The notes under the pieces are model-generated. The model saw nothing but the letters and a program-made list of their open reading frames with translations. It was not told where the DNA came from and ran no database searches. This document shows positions 17,184 through 26,094 of a stretch of 26,094 nt of DNA, piece after piece. Numbering within the stretch: position 1 is the stretch's first letter; each line of letters opens with the position of its first letter. The position numbers and the translations under genes were made by a program. Source of the DNA: Promethearchaeota archaeon (GTDB taxonomy: Archaea; Asgardarchaeota; Lokiarchaeia; Sigyniarchaeales; SOKP01); the NCBI GenBank assembly GCA_016839705.1, contig JAEOTR010000027.1:1-26094 (forward strand), written 5' to 3'.

Positions 17184-18263
17184 TTAGTATAATTGTTGAT
17201 ACAATGCTCCTGCTACAGCAAAAGCAGATAAACTTATTTTATCTGGGATCTGAGTTATTTCTTCATAAGATAAAATGTTTTGATATCCTAAATTTTTCAG
17301 AGGGATTTTGATTAAAAAATCGGCAGATAACCCAGTAATCACAAATTTTGGATCTGTTTTAAATTCATTATATCTTTCCGTTAAGGCTTCTAAAAATGCT
17401 TTTATTTCTTGCATAATTATATCTAAATGCTTTTCATAAATGAAATTAGCAATGATATTCAAATCTTCTTTTGAAATCGTTTCAATATCCATGCAAATCA
17501 CTCGTGAAAGACGAGCATAACAATCTTCTAATGATTTTGAGCGATTATCAGCAGTATCATTTATATAATCTTCCTCTGATATTAAATTCAAAATTCTATA
17601 AACATCAGAAATTAATGCAAATTTTTCAAATGAGACTCGTATTTTATTACCTTTATAGGGAACGTGGTGGGTGATCGAGGGAATAGTAGCTCTTAAACCT
17701 CCTGTATAAATCAATTCATGATTTATCAGACGTGAAGTATCATCTCTTCCTTTTGGTATAGGTAATGATTCAAATATCGGAATAATGTCAATTGTTGTAG
17801 AACCCGCGTCAATTAAAATGCATGTCGAAGCAAATTTCCCTAAGAATAAAGCCGTTGATGCCCAATTAGCGGCTGCAATTGTAATATAATCAGAATAAAC
17901 CTGTTCAAATTTAATGAATTCACAGTTATTAGTGATAAATCTCAATTTGGATTGATTGAAAACTTTTTTTAAAGCATTTACAATTGTTAATATTCCCTCT
18001 CTCTTAGTTCGAAATGCATCAGATAATTCCGCAGTTATGGTAACCGCAATGTAATCAACCTTTTTAAGTGTAAAGCCGTATTTTTTGACTAGATTTTTTA
18101 TTATTCTTTGGAACAATTCATGGATTTCAGTAAGAGTTCTTTCCCAGAATGGAAAATATTCTATGTAAGAAAATGATTCCATAATTGTTTTTTCATTATA
18201 GTGAAGTAGTGCAGCTTTTGTATTGGCACCACCAATATCTAAACCAAGAATTATATCGGAAAT
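17184..18263 (-). CDS. mfnF: Hydantoinase-A-like methanofuran biosynthesis protein; true N-terminus extends beyond the ORF-track ATG at 18182
   Basis: In-frame upstream ILGLDIGGANTKAA; ITAELSDAF, AAANW, IDAGSTTIDIIP, ELIYTGGLRA, TADNRSK, ARLSRVICMD. Confidence 0.78.
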   Translation of the reverse strand: MSDIILGLDIGGANTKAALLHYNEKTIMESFSYIEYFPFWERTLTEIHELFQRIIKNLVKKYGFTLKKVDYIAVTITAELSDAFRTKREGILTIVNALKKVFNQSKLRFITNNCEFIKFEQVYSDYITIAAANWASTALFLGKFASTCILIDAGSTTIDIIPIFESLPIPKGRDDTSRLINHELIYTGGLRATIPSITHHVPYKGNKIRVSFEKFALISDVYRILNLISEEDYINDTADNRSKSLEDCYARLSRVICMDIETISKEDLNIIANFIYEKHLDIIMQEIKAFLEALTERYNEFKTDPKFVITGLSADFLIKIPLKNLGYQNILSYEEITQIPDKISLSAFAVAGALYQQLY

Positions 18264-19303
18264 TATTCATTCCCCCTATATCTCTCCTTTAATGTGTCTA
18301 CTAACTTATCTAAATTCTCGCCACTAAGAGCATTAGTTAAGTAAAAATCCTGTTTACTAAGGTGTAAAGATTCTTTTAAAAATTCAATCTCAGAATCTTT
18401 AGCTAAGTCCACTTTATTGAATATTATTACAATTTCTATTTCTCCATCTCTAGAAAAATTATCTTTTATTTCATTAAAGAGGTCAATTTGAGACTCTACA
18501 CCGTATCCACATGCCGGAGTAGGGTCAAATACAAAAAATATTAAATCTGATATTAATCGTAAAGCTAAAATAGCCTGTAATTCGATACTATTCCTTTGTG
18601 ACATTGGGCGATCTAATATTCCGGGAGTATCTAAACACTGAATTTTAATTTTTTCAAACTTTCTATCAAGATCTAAATGCCCCATTTTCAATTGTTTAGT
18701 AGTGAACGGATATTCCTTGACTTCTATCTTTTTATTAGTTGATATATTTTTTACAATGCTACTTTTACCTACATTTGGATACCCCGCAACAACAACACAT
18801 GGCATTGCATAATCGATTGAAGGGATTTGTCTTAAACTCCCTCTTATTTTGTTTAAATATTCGAGATTTTTATTTTGCTTATTGATTATTGAAGAAATTC
18901 TTCCAAATGCAGCTCTCCGCAGGCGATCCCCATCTTTCGGGGTTTCAATTCTGTTCAATTGCTGAATATGTACTCGCTCGATTTTTCGAAGAATAGGTAA
19001 TATCCCATTCAGCTTACCAAGAGTTAACTTTAATTCATCGACATCAACTAAAACGGATGCTAGTTCTTTATAGAAGTCGGGGAGATCATCAATAATTGGC
19101 ACGGTTTTAATTATTTTAAGAATTCGATCAATAAGTTCTTCAATGGACACTTTAATACGTTTAGACTCTTTTTTCTTTGCCTTAATAAGAATTGGAGCAT
19201 TTTTTGAGACTTGAGCTGAGCTCTTCATCCCTCTTTTAAAAGCGATGTCTAGCAATTCTTTTGAATTGGGAACGTGATAAAACTCGTTAAATGGATTTTT
19301 CAT
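18263..19303 (-). CDS. NOG1-family (nucleolar GTP-binding protein 1-like) GTPase
   Basis: GYPNVGKS (G1), YPFTT (G2), DTPG (G3), NKVD (G4), LDRPMSQRNSIELQAILAL; helical N-domain with PDFYKEL. Confidence 0.92.
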   Translation of the reverse strand: MKNPFNEFYHVPNSKELLDIAFKRGMKSSAQVSKNAPILIKAKKKESKRIKVSIEELIDRILKIIKTVPIIDDLPDFYKELASVLVDVDELKLTLGKLNGILPILRKIERVHIQQLNRIETPKDGDRLRRAAFGRISSIINKQNKNLEYLNKIRGSLRQIPSIDYAMPCVVVAGYPNVGKSSIVKNISTNKKIEVKEYPFTTKQLKMGHLDLDRKFEKIKIQCLDTPGILDRPMSQRNSIELQAILALRLISDLIFFVFDPTPACGYGVESQIDLFNEIKDNFSRDGEIEIVIIFNKVDLAKDSEIEFLKESLHLSKQDFYLTNALSGENLDKLVDTLKERYRGNE

Positions 19304-19351
19304 AAAAATTCAATATGTAATTTCAATTTATATAATGAGGGAAAAATACAG

Positions 19352-19882
19352 TTATTTTTTTGATTGTAGCAATGCAATTTTTTTTTCAATTTCATTTACT
19401 TGGGGTGTGAAATCTCCTATTTCCTTTGGGATAGAATTATACATCTCTAAAATATATTCATATCTCCCGATGACTCTAGAGTCTTTACCTAATTTTTCTT
19501 CTTTTTCAGCTTTTTCTATTAATAAATGGATCTTTTCTAGCTTCTTCTGTATTTCTGGGGGAAGCGCTCTTTGCTCAGCTAATTTTTTTTCGGTGTATCT
19601 TTGCTTTTCTTTTGTGGCATCATCAACACGTTTTTGAAAATCTTCTTTACCCTTGGTCTTTATGGCTGAATCTTCTTCCTCAAACTTGACTAAATTATTT
19701 AACCGAGTGATTCTTTGATCAATCATGCTAATTTTCCCTTGAAAACCAAGTTTTGAATATAAGTTTTTTGCTTGCTCTAGTAAAGAAATTGCTGAGATAA
19801 AATTTTTCTTGCCAAACTCGGATTTAGACTCTTTTTCTAGTTTTTCTGCTTCTTTTTCTAGCTCATCATAGGGTCCTGGCAT
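19352..19882 (-). CDS. Hypothetical all-helical protein (two TPR/MIT-like helical units joined by a charged coiled coil)
   Basis: 176-aa K/E-rich ORF; AISLLEQAKNLYSKLG and VIGRYEYILEMY helices. Confidence 0.65.
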   Translation of the reverse strand: MPGPYDELEKEAEKLEKESKSEFGKKNFISAISLLEQAKNLYSKLGFQGKISMIDQRITRLNNLVKFEEEDSAIKTKGKEDFQKRVDDATKEKQRYTEKKLAEQRALPPEIQKKLEKIHLLIEKAEKEEKLGKDSRVIGRYEYILEMYNSIPKEIGDFTPQVNEIEKKIALLQSKK

Positions 19883-20080
19883 ATCTTACACATCATATAA
19901 TATATTTTAGCTTCTTAAATAAGTTCATAAATACGATATACATTAAAGAATATAATAAATAAAAATGTAACAAAATTCAAAAACTTTAGACAAAAAGTAG
20001 GAAAATTAATTAAATCGAAATCTCAAACTAAATAAAGATACATATATTTAAAATTTTAAATAATATAGGAAGGTTTTCTC

Positions 20081-21169
20081 ATGAAGAGATATAAGATAGG
20101 CATACTAGGTGCTACTGGAATTGTAGGTCAAAATTACATAAATTTATTACAAAATCATCCTTGGTTTCAAATAATTGATGTAGCAGCATCTCCGAGATCA
20201 GCAAATAAGATATATAAAGAAGCTGTTAAAGCAAAATGGCAGATGTCTATTTCGATTCCTAGCTCAGTTAAAGATTTAATTGTAAGGGACGTTCAAGATA
20301 TTGAGAAAATACCCCCAGATCTTAGCTTTGTATTCTCTGCTATAAACATGCCCACAAAAGAGCAAATTAAAGAAACTGAAGTAAATTACGCTAAGAGAGG
20401 AATACCTGTAATTAGCAATAATTCTGCTCATCGCTGGACTCCGGATGTTCCTATGATTATTGGTGAAATCAACCATGAGCATGTAAATATCATTCCCATT
20501 CAACAAAAAAATCATGGTTTCAAAAAAGGATTTATCGTTGTGAAACCTAATTGTTCGCTTCAAAGTTATCTAACACCGATTTATGCCTTAGAGCAAACAG
20601 GATATAAAGTAGATAAGTTAATTATAACTACTTTACAAGCCGTTTCTGGAGCAGGATATCCTGGTGTTTCATCTTTAGATATGATTGACAATATTGTACC
20701 TTATATTGAGGGGGAAGAGGAAAAAACAGAAAATGAGCCATTTAAAATTTTAGGAAAAATTGGCAACAATGGTATAGAAAATGATAATTCAATCAAAATA
20801 AGTGCAACATGTACCAGAGTTCCCGTATCTGATGGTCATACTGCTAGTGTAAATATAAAATTTAAAGATAAAATACCCTCAAAAGATGAAATAGTTAATA
20901 TTTGGAATTCATTTAAATCCGCACCTCAGGAACTGGATCTACCATATGCCCCCAAACAACCAATAATCTATATGGAAAACGTGGATCGTCCTCAACCTAA
21001 AAAGGATAGGGATAAAGATAAAGGAATGGCAATAACTGTTGGCCGATTAAGAGAAGATACTGTATTCGATTTTAAATTTATTGCTTTGAGTCATAACACT
21101 GTAAGAGGGGCTGCAGGAGGGGCCATATTAAATGCTGAGTTGTTAGTAAACAAGGGCTTCATAAATTAG
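20081..21169 (+). CDS. asd: Aspartate-semialdehyde dehydrogenase (archaeal/fungal type)
   Basis: LGATGIVGQ, PNCS catalytic Cys, QAVSGAG, RVPVSDGH, HNTVRGAAGG. Confidence 0.95.
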   Translation: MKRYKIGILGATGIVGQNYINLLQNHPWFQIIDVAASPRSANKIYKEAVKAKWQMSISIPSSVKDLIVRDVQDIEKIPPDLSFVFSAINMPTKEQIKETEVNYAKRGIPVISNNSAHRWTPDVPMIIGEINHEHVNIIPIQQKNHGFKKGFIVVKPNCSLQSYLTPIYALEQTGYKVDKLIITTLQAVSGAGYPGVSSLDMIDNIVPYIEGEEEKTENEPFKILGKIGNNGIENDNSIKISATCTRVPVSDGHTASVNIKFKDKIPSKDEIVNIWNSFKSAPQELDLPYAPKQPIIYMENVDRPQPKKDRDKDKGMAITVGRLREDTVFDFKFIALSHNTVRGAAGGAILNAELLVNKGFIN

Positions 21170-21228
21170 TCTGATTAACTTCTCTAGTAATTTTTCTATT
21201 ATTCTCATCCAAACTTACTTAATCTTTA

Positions 21229-22809
21229 TTAAAATTCATGTTTGTCAATTATAATAGGGAGAAGAAGTTTTATGAGAGAAATGGATCCTTTCTCCTTAAT
21301 TAATTTATAAGCAGGAATTTCAGGGAACATGTAGAAGAATTTCTGTTTTTTAAGCATCTTCAAGGTTCTTATTTTGGAGCGTGGTGCAATCTTGGAGTGT
21401 TCAAAAATAAAATTCTTTATTAAACCTTGAAGTAAAAGCTTATCGATGATAATTATATTTGATACATAACCAAACTTTTCCGATAATCTTAATCTAATAG
21501 GTTCTAACGACTTGATTTCTACCTTAAAAGTTAGATCTTCCTTTTTTAGTGAATGGATTTGAACCAATGAATCATTCTTAATCTCAATAATGACCAGCTT
21601 TCTAGCTACTTTTTCTAAATAGTTAAAGTTGCTTAAATCAATTTTTTTGATCTTAGTTATATCTGAAAATATTAATAATATCTTTGAATTTAATCCTACA
21701 TTATTTCTAATTGTATTAAAGATGAATTCAGGCATAGCCCAGTGAGAAAGTTTTCGAAGATTTAAATTAAATCCGATAAGTCTTAGGAGAAATCTTACTA
21801 GAGTATTATATATTAATGGTTTTGGCCTTAAATGCCAATGTGTCTCAAAGCTTCTAAATCCGAATAATATTTTCTGGATTAATAAGCTTAGATTTTCTTC
21901 CTTTAATTTAACTGGTAAATTTATTATATCCGTTATAAGTGAAATTAGATCGATTTGATTTAAATAATAGGCTTTATCCGTTTGTAAATGATGTTGAATA
22001 AGCCTGATAATTTCATTCTTATCTGATATATCCTTGCTAATTCCAATCTCGTCTGGAATCATTAATTTAAGCCTTAAATAAGGTGTTTGAGATTTTGATA
22101 CCACTAACTTTTGTAAATGTAAAATTATCGTTAAATTTTGGGCGACCAATATAAATGCGATATTGAATTCAGGTAATAATGCATAAGTTAATCTAAAAAT
22201 ACTACTTAATTGTCTTCCGCTTAGAAATGTTATTAATTCCTTTAAGTATTCAAAAAGATGAGGTTCAGGATAAATCAAAATTAAATCCTGCTCAAATAAC
22301 TTTTGAATCAAGTCAAAACCTTTCGATAATAACAAATCAAAAGGAGAATCTTCAATGTCGACGCAATATTGATTGATATAATTTATAGCTTTTTCTTTAA
22401 ATATCCGAATTGATGAAAGTCTTATTCCTTTCTTCTTTACCATACCATCTAAAATTCTGCTATAAAATTTGTTAATATCTACAAGATCTTTTTTATGAAA
22501 CTTAACAATATCGTGCGGTAGTTTTTCGATTGACTCATGAATCCCTGCCTTTTTAGTTTCATACAAATATAAGTTAATTACGTTCTGTCCATCGTCAGAT
22601 ATTATTATATCTAAAATGTTGTTATGATCGTTGATAAATTTGGGATATAAAACCTCAAAAAGGTGATACAATAGGTATGGACTAACTTCTATAGGCGTCA
22701 ATGGTATTCTTATATTTGTGTCAGTGGTTTTGAATTCATCTTCTAGATTAATATGTGAATTATAAGTAAGCATTCTGAGCCAATTATCCTTAAACTTCTT
22801 ATTTATCAA
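21229..22809 (-). CDS. Hypothetical protein (526 aa)
   Basis: Long ORF with GGAGGTG upstream of the TTG start; no family recognised. Confidence 0.7.
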   Translation of the reverse strand: MINKKFKDNWLRMLTYNSHINLEDEFKTTDTNIRIPLTPIEVSPYLLYHLFEVLYPKFINDHNNILDIIISDDGQNVINLYLYETKKAGIHESIEKLPHDIVKFHKKDLVDINKFYSRILDGMVKKKGIRLSSIRIFKEKAINYINQYCVDIEDSPFDLLLSKGFDLIQKLFEQDLILIYPEPHLFEYLKELITFLSGRQLSSIFRLTYALLPEFNIAFILVAQNLTIILHLQKLVVSKSQTPYLRLKLMIPDEIGISKDISDKNEIIRLIQHHLQTDKAYYLNQIDLISLITDIINLPVKLKEENLSLLIQKILFGFRSFETHWHLRPKPLIYNTLVRFLLRLIGFNLNLRKLSHWAMPEFIFNTIRNNVGLNSKILLIFSDITKIKKIDLSNFNYLEKVARKLVIIEIKNDSLVQIHSLKKEDLTFKVEIKSLEPIRLRLSEKFGYVSNIIIIDKLLLQGLIKNFIFEHSKIAPRSKIRTLKMLKKQKFFYMFPEIPAYKLIKEKGSISLIKLLLPIIIDKHEF

Positions 22810-22813
22810 TTTC

Positions 22814-24282
22814 TTAAAGCACCTCCATGTCTCTCAAGTTTTTCTTATCCTTTGGATTAAACCAAGTTTTAAGAATTTCTTTATGAAAAGATAAATTGGG
22901 TAAATTACTCTTTTTGTAATACTTCATAAACATACTCATGGTTTCTAAGATATCAGGCGGGCATCCTGGAAATTCTAAAATTTCTTTATTAGGTTTGGAT
23001 TTAATTTTCGGCTTTTTCTTTGACTTCTGTTTCTTTTTCTTTTTCTTTTCTTCTTTAACTTTTTTTTTTTTGATTCCTTTATTATCGTTCTAAATTCACT
23101 GTTTTTAGTGGTATTTATAGCACAATCGCCAAATACTAATATATTTCCGAAGTTTTCTGGGGCTACCGGATTTTGACCTACTAATAAAACGTTGTTAGGA
23201 TTATATTTAAGATCTTTTACCATATTTGTTTTCATGAAGTTTAACAAATGATAGGCAAGTTCAAAACACCCAGAGCAATATTGTCCAGAATTTACCCTGA
23301 AATTCTTCACGCTAATATCTTCTAGTTTAGACTTACATAAAGCGATATTTACATTGGTATCGTCTAAGTTTTCACCATAAATTGTAATTTTCTCGAGATC
23401 AATTATACCTAAATTTCTTTTATAAGCCTCGTTTACTAGATCGTAATCTTTAGTTTCTATATTTAATAATTTTAGTGTTATTAAATCAACCGATACCGCA
23501 TTTTTCCCAATTACAGATAAATTTGTTTTTTTTAAGTTAGAATCTTTAAAGATAAATGGTCCAGCTCCTTCCAGCATATAGAATAAATCATTAATTACTA
23601 GATCTGGTTTCTTAATTGCATAAATATCAAGAATATTTGATAATAAGTTCGTTTTATAATGATCAAGTGATATATCCTGACTCTTATCAGTTTGATTAAG
23701 TCCAGATTCTTGATACCTTGGAGAAACAATTGAAGATAAATTTAAAAGAGAGCTATTTATTTGGAATATAGGATTTACATTAACTTGATTAATAGAAATA
23801 ACTTTATCCGAATTTAAAATGATTTTAGGAACTAAATATTCTCGATCGTTAATATTAAACATTGAAAATGATTCAGATTTTATTGTATCTAATTGTTCCT
23901 TCTTTATACTCTTCCCTTCAAATAAGTTGCTATTATCTAGAAAAACCAATTCAGCCCCAAGATTTCTAAAGTAATCTTCTAAATTAAGCAAATCAGAGAC
24001 TTTCTTGGTTGATATGCCCTTTAAAGGAAAACTGCCAAGATATATTTTCTCTGCTTTTGCTTGTTTACATAACTTAATTACTGCTGCAAGAACATCAAAA
24101 TTAGTGTTTGTGGGAAAACCACAAGGTAAGTTCAAATTAAATTTTATAAAAACTTTATCTCCCTCTTCAATAAAGGTAGAGATACCACCAAGCATTTCAA
24201 TGCCTTTCATAACGCTTTCTTGTGGTGTATCGCCTTTTATTATAGCCACTTCAGAGTTCTCTAAATTTATTTTAGTATTCAT
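22814..24282 (-). CDS. DUF362-family protein with C-terminal Fe-S module, frameshifted at an A12 run (23071-23060)
   Basis: N-part: GGISTFIEEGDKVFIKFN, KPDLVINDLFYMLEGAGP, NAVSVD, CSGC, GDCA. The -1 frame after the run gives ...LEFPGCPPDIL...MEVL* ending at 22814; the uncorrected frame stops at 22975. Confidence 0.75.
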
Positions 24283-24365
24283 AGAAATGTTTTACAAAAT
24301 TCAATCATTTAATTAATAATATTAAATAATGAATGAATTGAATTTTAAGTTAAGTGATGTAGTAG

Positions 24366-25235
24366 ATGTTAAACATAAACATAGATACTTCTAACGTGAA
24401 AATTCCGGAAGATACAATTGGGTTGGATATGGGACAAACGCTCTCTAAACTTGCTTATTTAGAAAAAAATGAATTGATATTGTCATATTTTCCAACTCAA
24501 ACGGATCTAAAATCACTCGAAAAAGCCATAGAAAAGAAAATAGGACAATTTAAAAAAATTAATTTCACTGGTGGAAAGAGTTTTAATTTATTCCAAACGT
24601 ATTCGAAAAGCTTGGAAACGAATTTAATAAATGAATTTGAAGCTAATGTAAAAGGAATTGAGTTATTACATTTTATGGAAAAAAGTACAGTATTACCTCT
24701 GTCATTAATCGTTACAATCGGAACTGGAACTTCCATGGTTTCTAATCAAGATTCCTATAAGCATCTGGGAGGTACCGCTATGGGAGGAGGTTTTTTTATG
24801 GGAATTATTCAAGTACTATTCAATATAACTAATTTCCAAGAAGCTATGGAGTTAAGTAAAAAGGGAAATAGATATAATGTAGATTTAAAAGTTTCTGATA
24901 TTTATGCTCCTGAAGATAATAGAGTAAATTTATTGTTTAGGGAGTTTACTGCAGCATCATTAGGGAAGATTGATCTGAATTTTAATATGGATATGCTAAA
25001 AGAAGAAGATTTAATTAACTCACTTATATCCATGATCGGAGAAAATATAGGAACAATAGCAAACTTGATGGCAGATAAAAATGGGATTTCAACCATTGTA
25101 TTCTGTGGTGGTTTTTTAAAAGATAACAAAATAGTCAGAAAAATATTATCACTTATGTGTATGGTTAATCAGAAAAAAGCGATTTTTTTGAAAAATTCAG
25201 AATTCAGTGCCACAATTGGGGCCCTAGTCTTATAA
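24366..25235 (+). CDS. Type II pantothenate kinase (Fumble/CoaW family)
   Basis: GLDMGQTLSK, TGGKS, EFEANVKG, IGTGTSM, LGGTAMGGG, GNRYNVDLKVSDIY, TAASLGK, FCGGFL, ATIGA. Confidence 0.88.
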   Translation: MLNINIDTSNVKIPEDTIGLDMGQTLSKLAYLEKNELILSYFPTQTDLKSLEKAIEKKIGQFKKINFTGGKSFNLFQTYSKSLETNLINEFEANVKGIELLHFMEKSTVLPLSLIVTIGTGTSMVSNQDSYKHLGGTAMGGGFFMGIIQVLFNITNFQEAMELSKKGNRYNVDLKVSDIYAPEDNRVNLLFREFTAASLGKIDLNFNMDMLKEEDLINSLISMIGENIGTIANLMADKNGISTIVFCGGFLKDNKIVRKILSLMCMVNQKKAIFLKNSEFSATIGALVL

Positions 25236-25239
25236 AGTG

Positions 25240-25305
25240 TGCGCCGATTTGGAGATTTTTACTCATCGAATATAATTCTTGTAAAAACACTAAAAAATCG
25301 GCGCA
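25240..25305. repeat. Intergenic inverted repeat / long hairpin between convergent genes
   Basis: TGCGCCGATTT (25240-25250) and AAATCGGCGCA (25295-25305) form a perfect 11-bp IR; inner TTTTTAC/GTAAAAA and GAAT/ATTC pairs. Confidence 0.75.
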
Positions 25306-25355
25306 TGGTTATAATAAGACAAAAAATCTACTAATATAATAATTCCATCAAATTT

Positions 25356-25985
25356 CTATGTGTTTTGTGAGTGTTTTTCAAGCATCTCATCATTTGTTTT
25401 ACCCATCTTAATAGCCAGTTCCGCGATAATAGCATCCAAGTATACAAAAGCCGCTATTTCAAATTGCGTGCCCTCGGGAGTGAGGACAGCAGTGTCTCCT
25501 ATTGCCTTATCCCGTTTAGTTCTCCCTTTAAGTTTAATTGTTATATCCCCTACTCTACCAATGATCGTTTCGGGATGAGATGTGATCGTAACAATACCAT
25601 ATGGCTTAATTGTGTTTACATAGTTATTAAGCAAACTTACAACTATACTTGTAGTTCCTGAACCGGATAGAACAATGATTAAATCCTTTTTACGCAATGC
25701 GGGTATCGAAGCTAAATTAGTAACAATGTAAACCTCAGCACCCAAATGAACTAATCTTGTAGCAAAACACTGTAATATAAATGCACTTCTACCAGAAGCT
25801 AATAGGAAAAATCTACGATTGTTTAATAATCCATCGTGAACTAAATTAATAAATTTTTGTGTGTATTTAAAATTCTTATCCAAATGATCAATGTTAGCTT
25901 TAATATTATTCATTATAAGCTCCATTGATTGAAAAAGAATCCTCTTAGCTTCCCCATTTACAACTGCTTCATTAGATTTAGTCAT
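25356..25985 (-). CDS. hxlB: SIS-domain 6-phospho-3-hexuloisomerase-like protein
   Basis: ASGRSAFILQCFATRLVHLG, SGSGTT, ITSHPETIIG, PEGTQFE motifs of the PHI family. Confidence 0.8.
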   Translation of the reverse strand: MTKSNEAVVNGEAKRILFQSMELIMNNIKANIDHLDKNFKYTQKFINLVHDGLLNNRRFFLLASGRSAFILQCFATRLVHLGAEVYIVTNLASIPALRKKDLIIVLSGSGTTSIVVSLLNNYVNTIKPYGIVTITSHPETIIGRVGDITIKLKGRTKRDKAIGDTAVLTPEGTQFEIAAFVYLDAIIAELAIKMGKTNDEMLEKHSQNT

Positions 25986-26094
25986 TTTAAATTGTTGATC
26001 AATTTTTTAATGTATAATTTAAATAATCATTAAAGTAAAATATACATTGTTACTCCCAATTTTGAAAGAGAATTTTTAAACTCCGTTATCAAAC

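Noticed and set aside
18267-18269. In-frame TGA upstream of mfnF as another Sec codon
   Set aside because: It lies inside the NOG1 coding region, not at a Cys-equivalent position, and no SECIS was seen downstream.
18196-18270. 24-aa ORF from ATG 18270 overlapping the NOG1/mfnF junction
   Set aside because: Out of frame with the conserved mfnF N-terminus, and the G-rich run is too close to the ATG to act as an SD; probably incidental.
2614-25661. Short (60-103 aa) ORFs antisense to longer genes
   Set aside because: Shadow ORFs with no recognisable motifs, lying opposite well-supported genes.
1-26094. tRNA-Sec, other tRNA/rRNA, CRISPR arrays, transposases or defence systems
   Set aside because: Intergenic gaps are short and AT-rich, with no cloverleaf, spaced repeats or mobile-element proteins visible by eye.

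Overview
AT-rich archaeal chromosomal window, most likely Asgard/Lokiarchaeia. This is inferred from S30e, archaeal NOG1, GAGGTGA ribosome-binding sites, a TPR-longin fusion, MIT-, HEAT- and PCI-like proteins, and the methanofuran genes mfnE/mfnF. The standout is a tandem pair of selenophosphate synthetase (selD) genes that the ORF track truncates. Each has an upstream ATG with a Shine-Dalgarno site and an in-frame TGA at codon 18 in the catalytic G-U-x-C-K motif. Each is followed, directly after its stop codon, by a eukaryote-type SECIS-like hairpin (AUGA/GA core). Both hairpins carry an extra GCAAGG-containing side hairpin that makes a three-way junction. Other signals: a DUF362 Fe-S gene split by a frameshift at an A12 run, an mfnF gene that seems to need a non-canonical (ATT/ATA) start, a HEAT-coiled coil-PCI-Ig-like protein with adaptin-like layout, a type II pantothenate kinase, a fatty-acyl-CoA cluster (MaoC pair plus two divergent 3-hydroxyacyl-CoA dehydrogenases) and a GC-rich intergenic hairpin. 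No rRNA, tRNA, CRISPR array or transposase was seen. All calls are by eye; no searches or folding programs were run.
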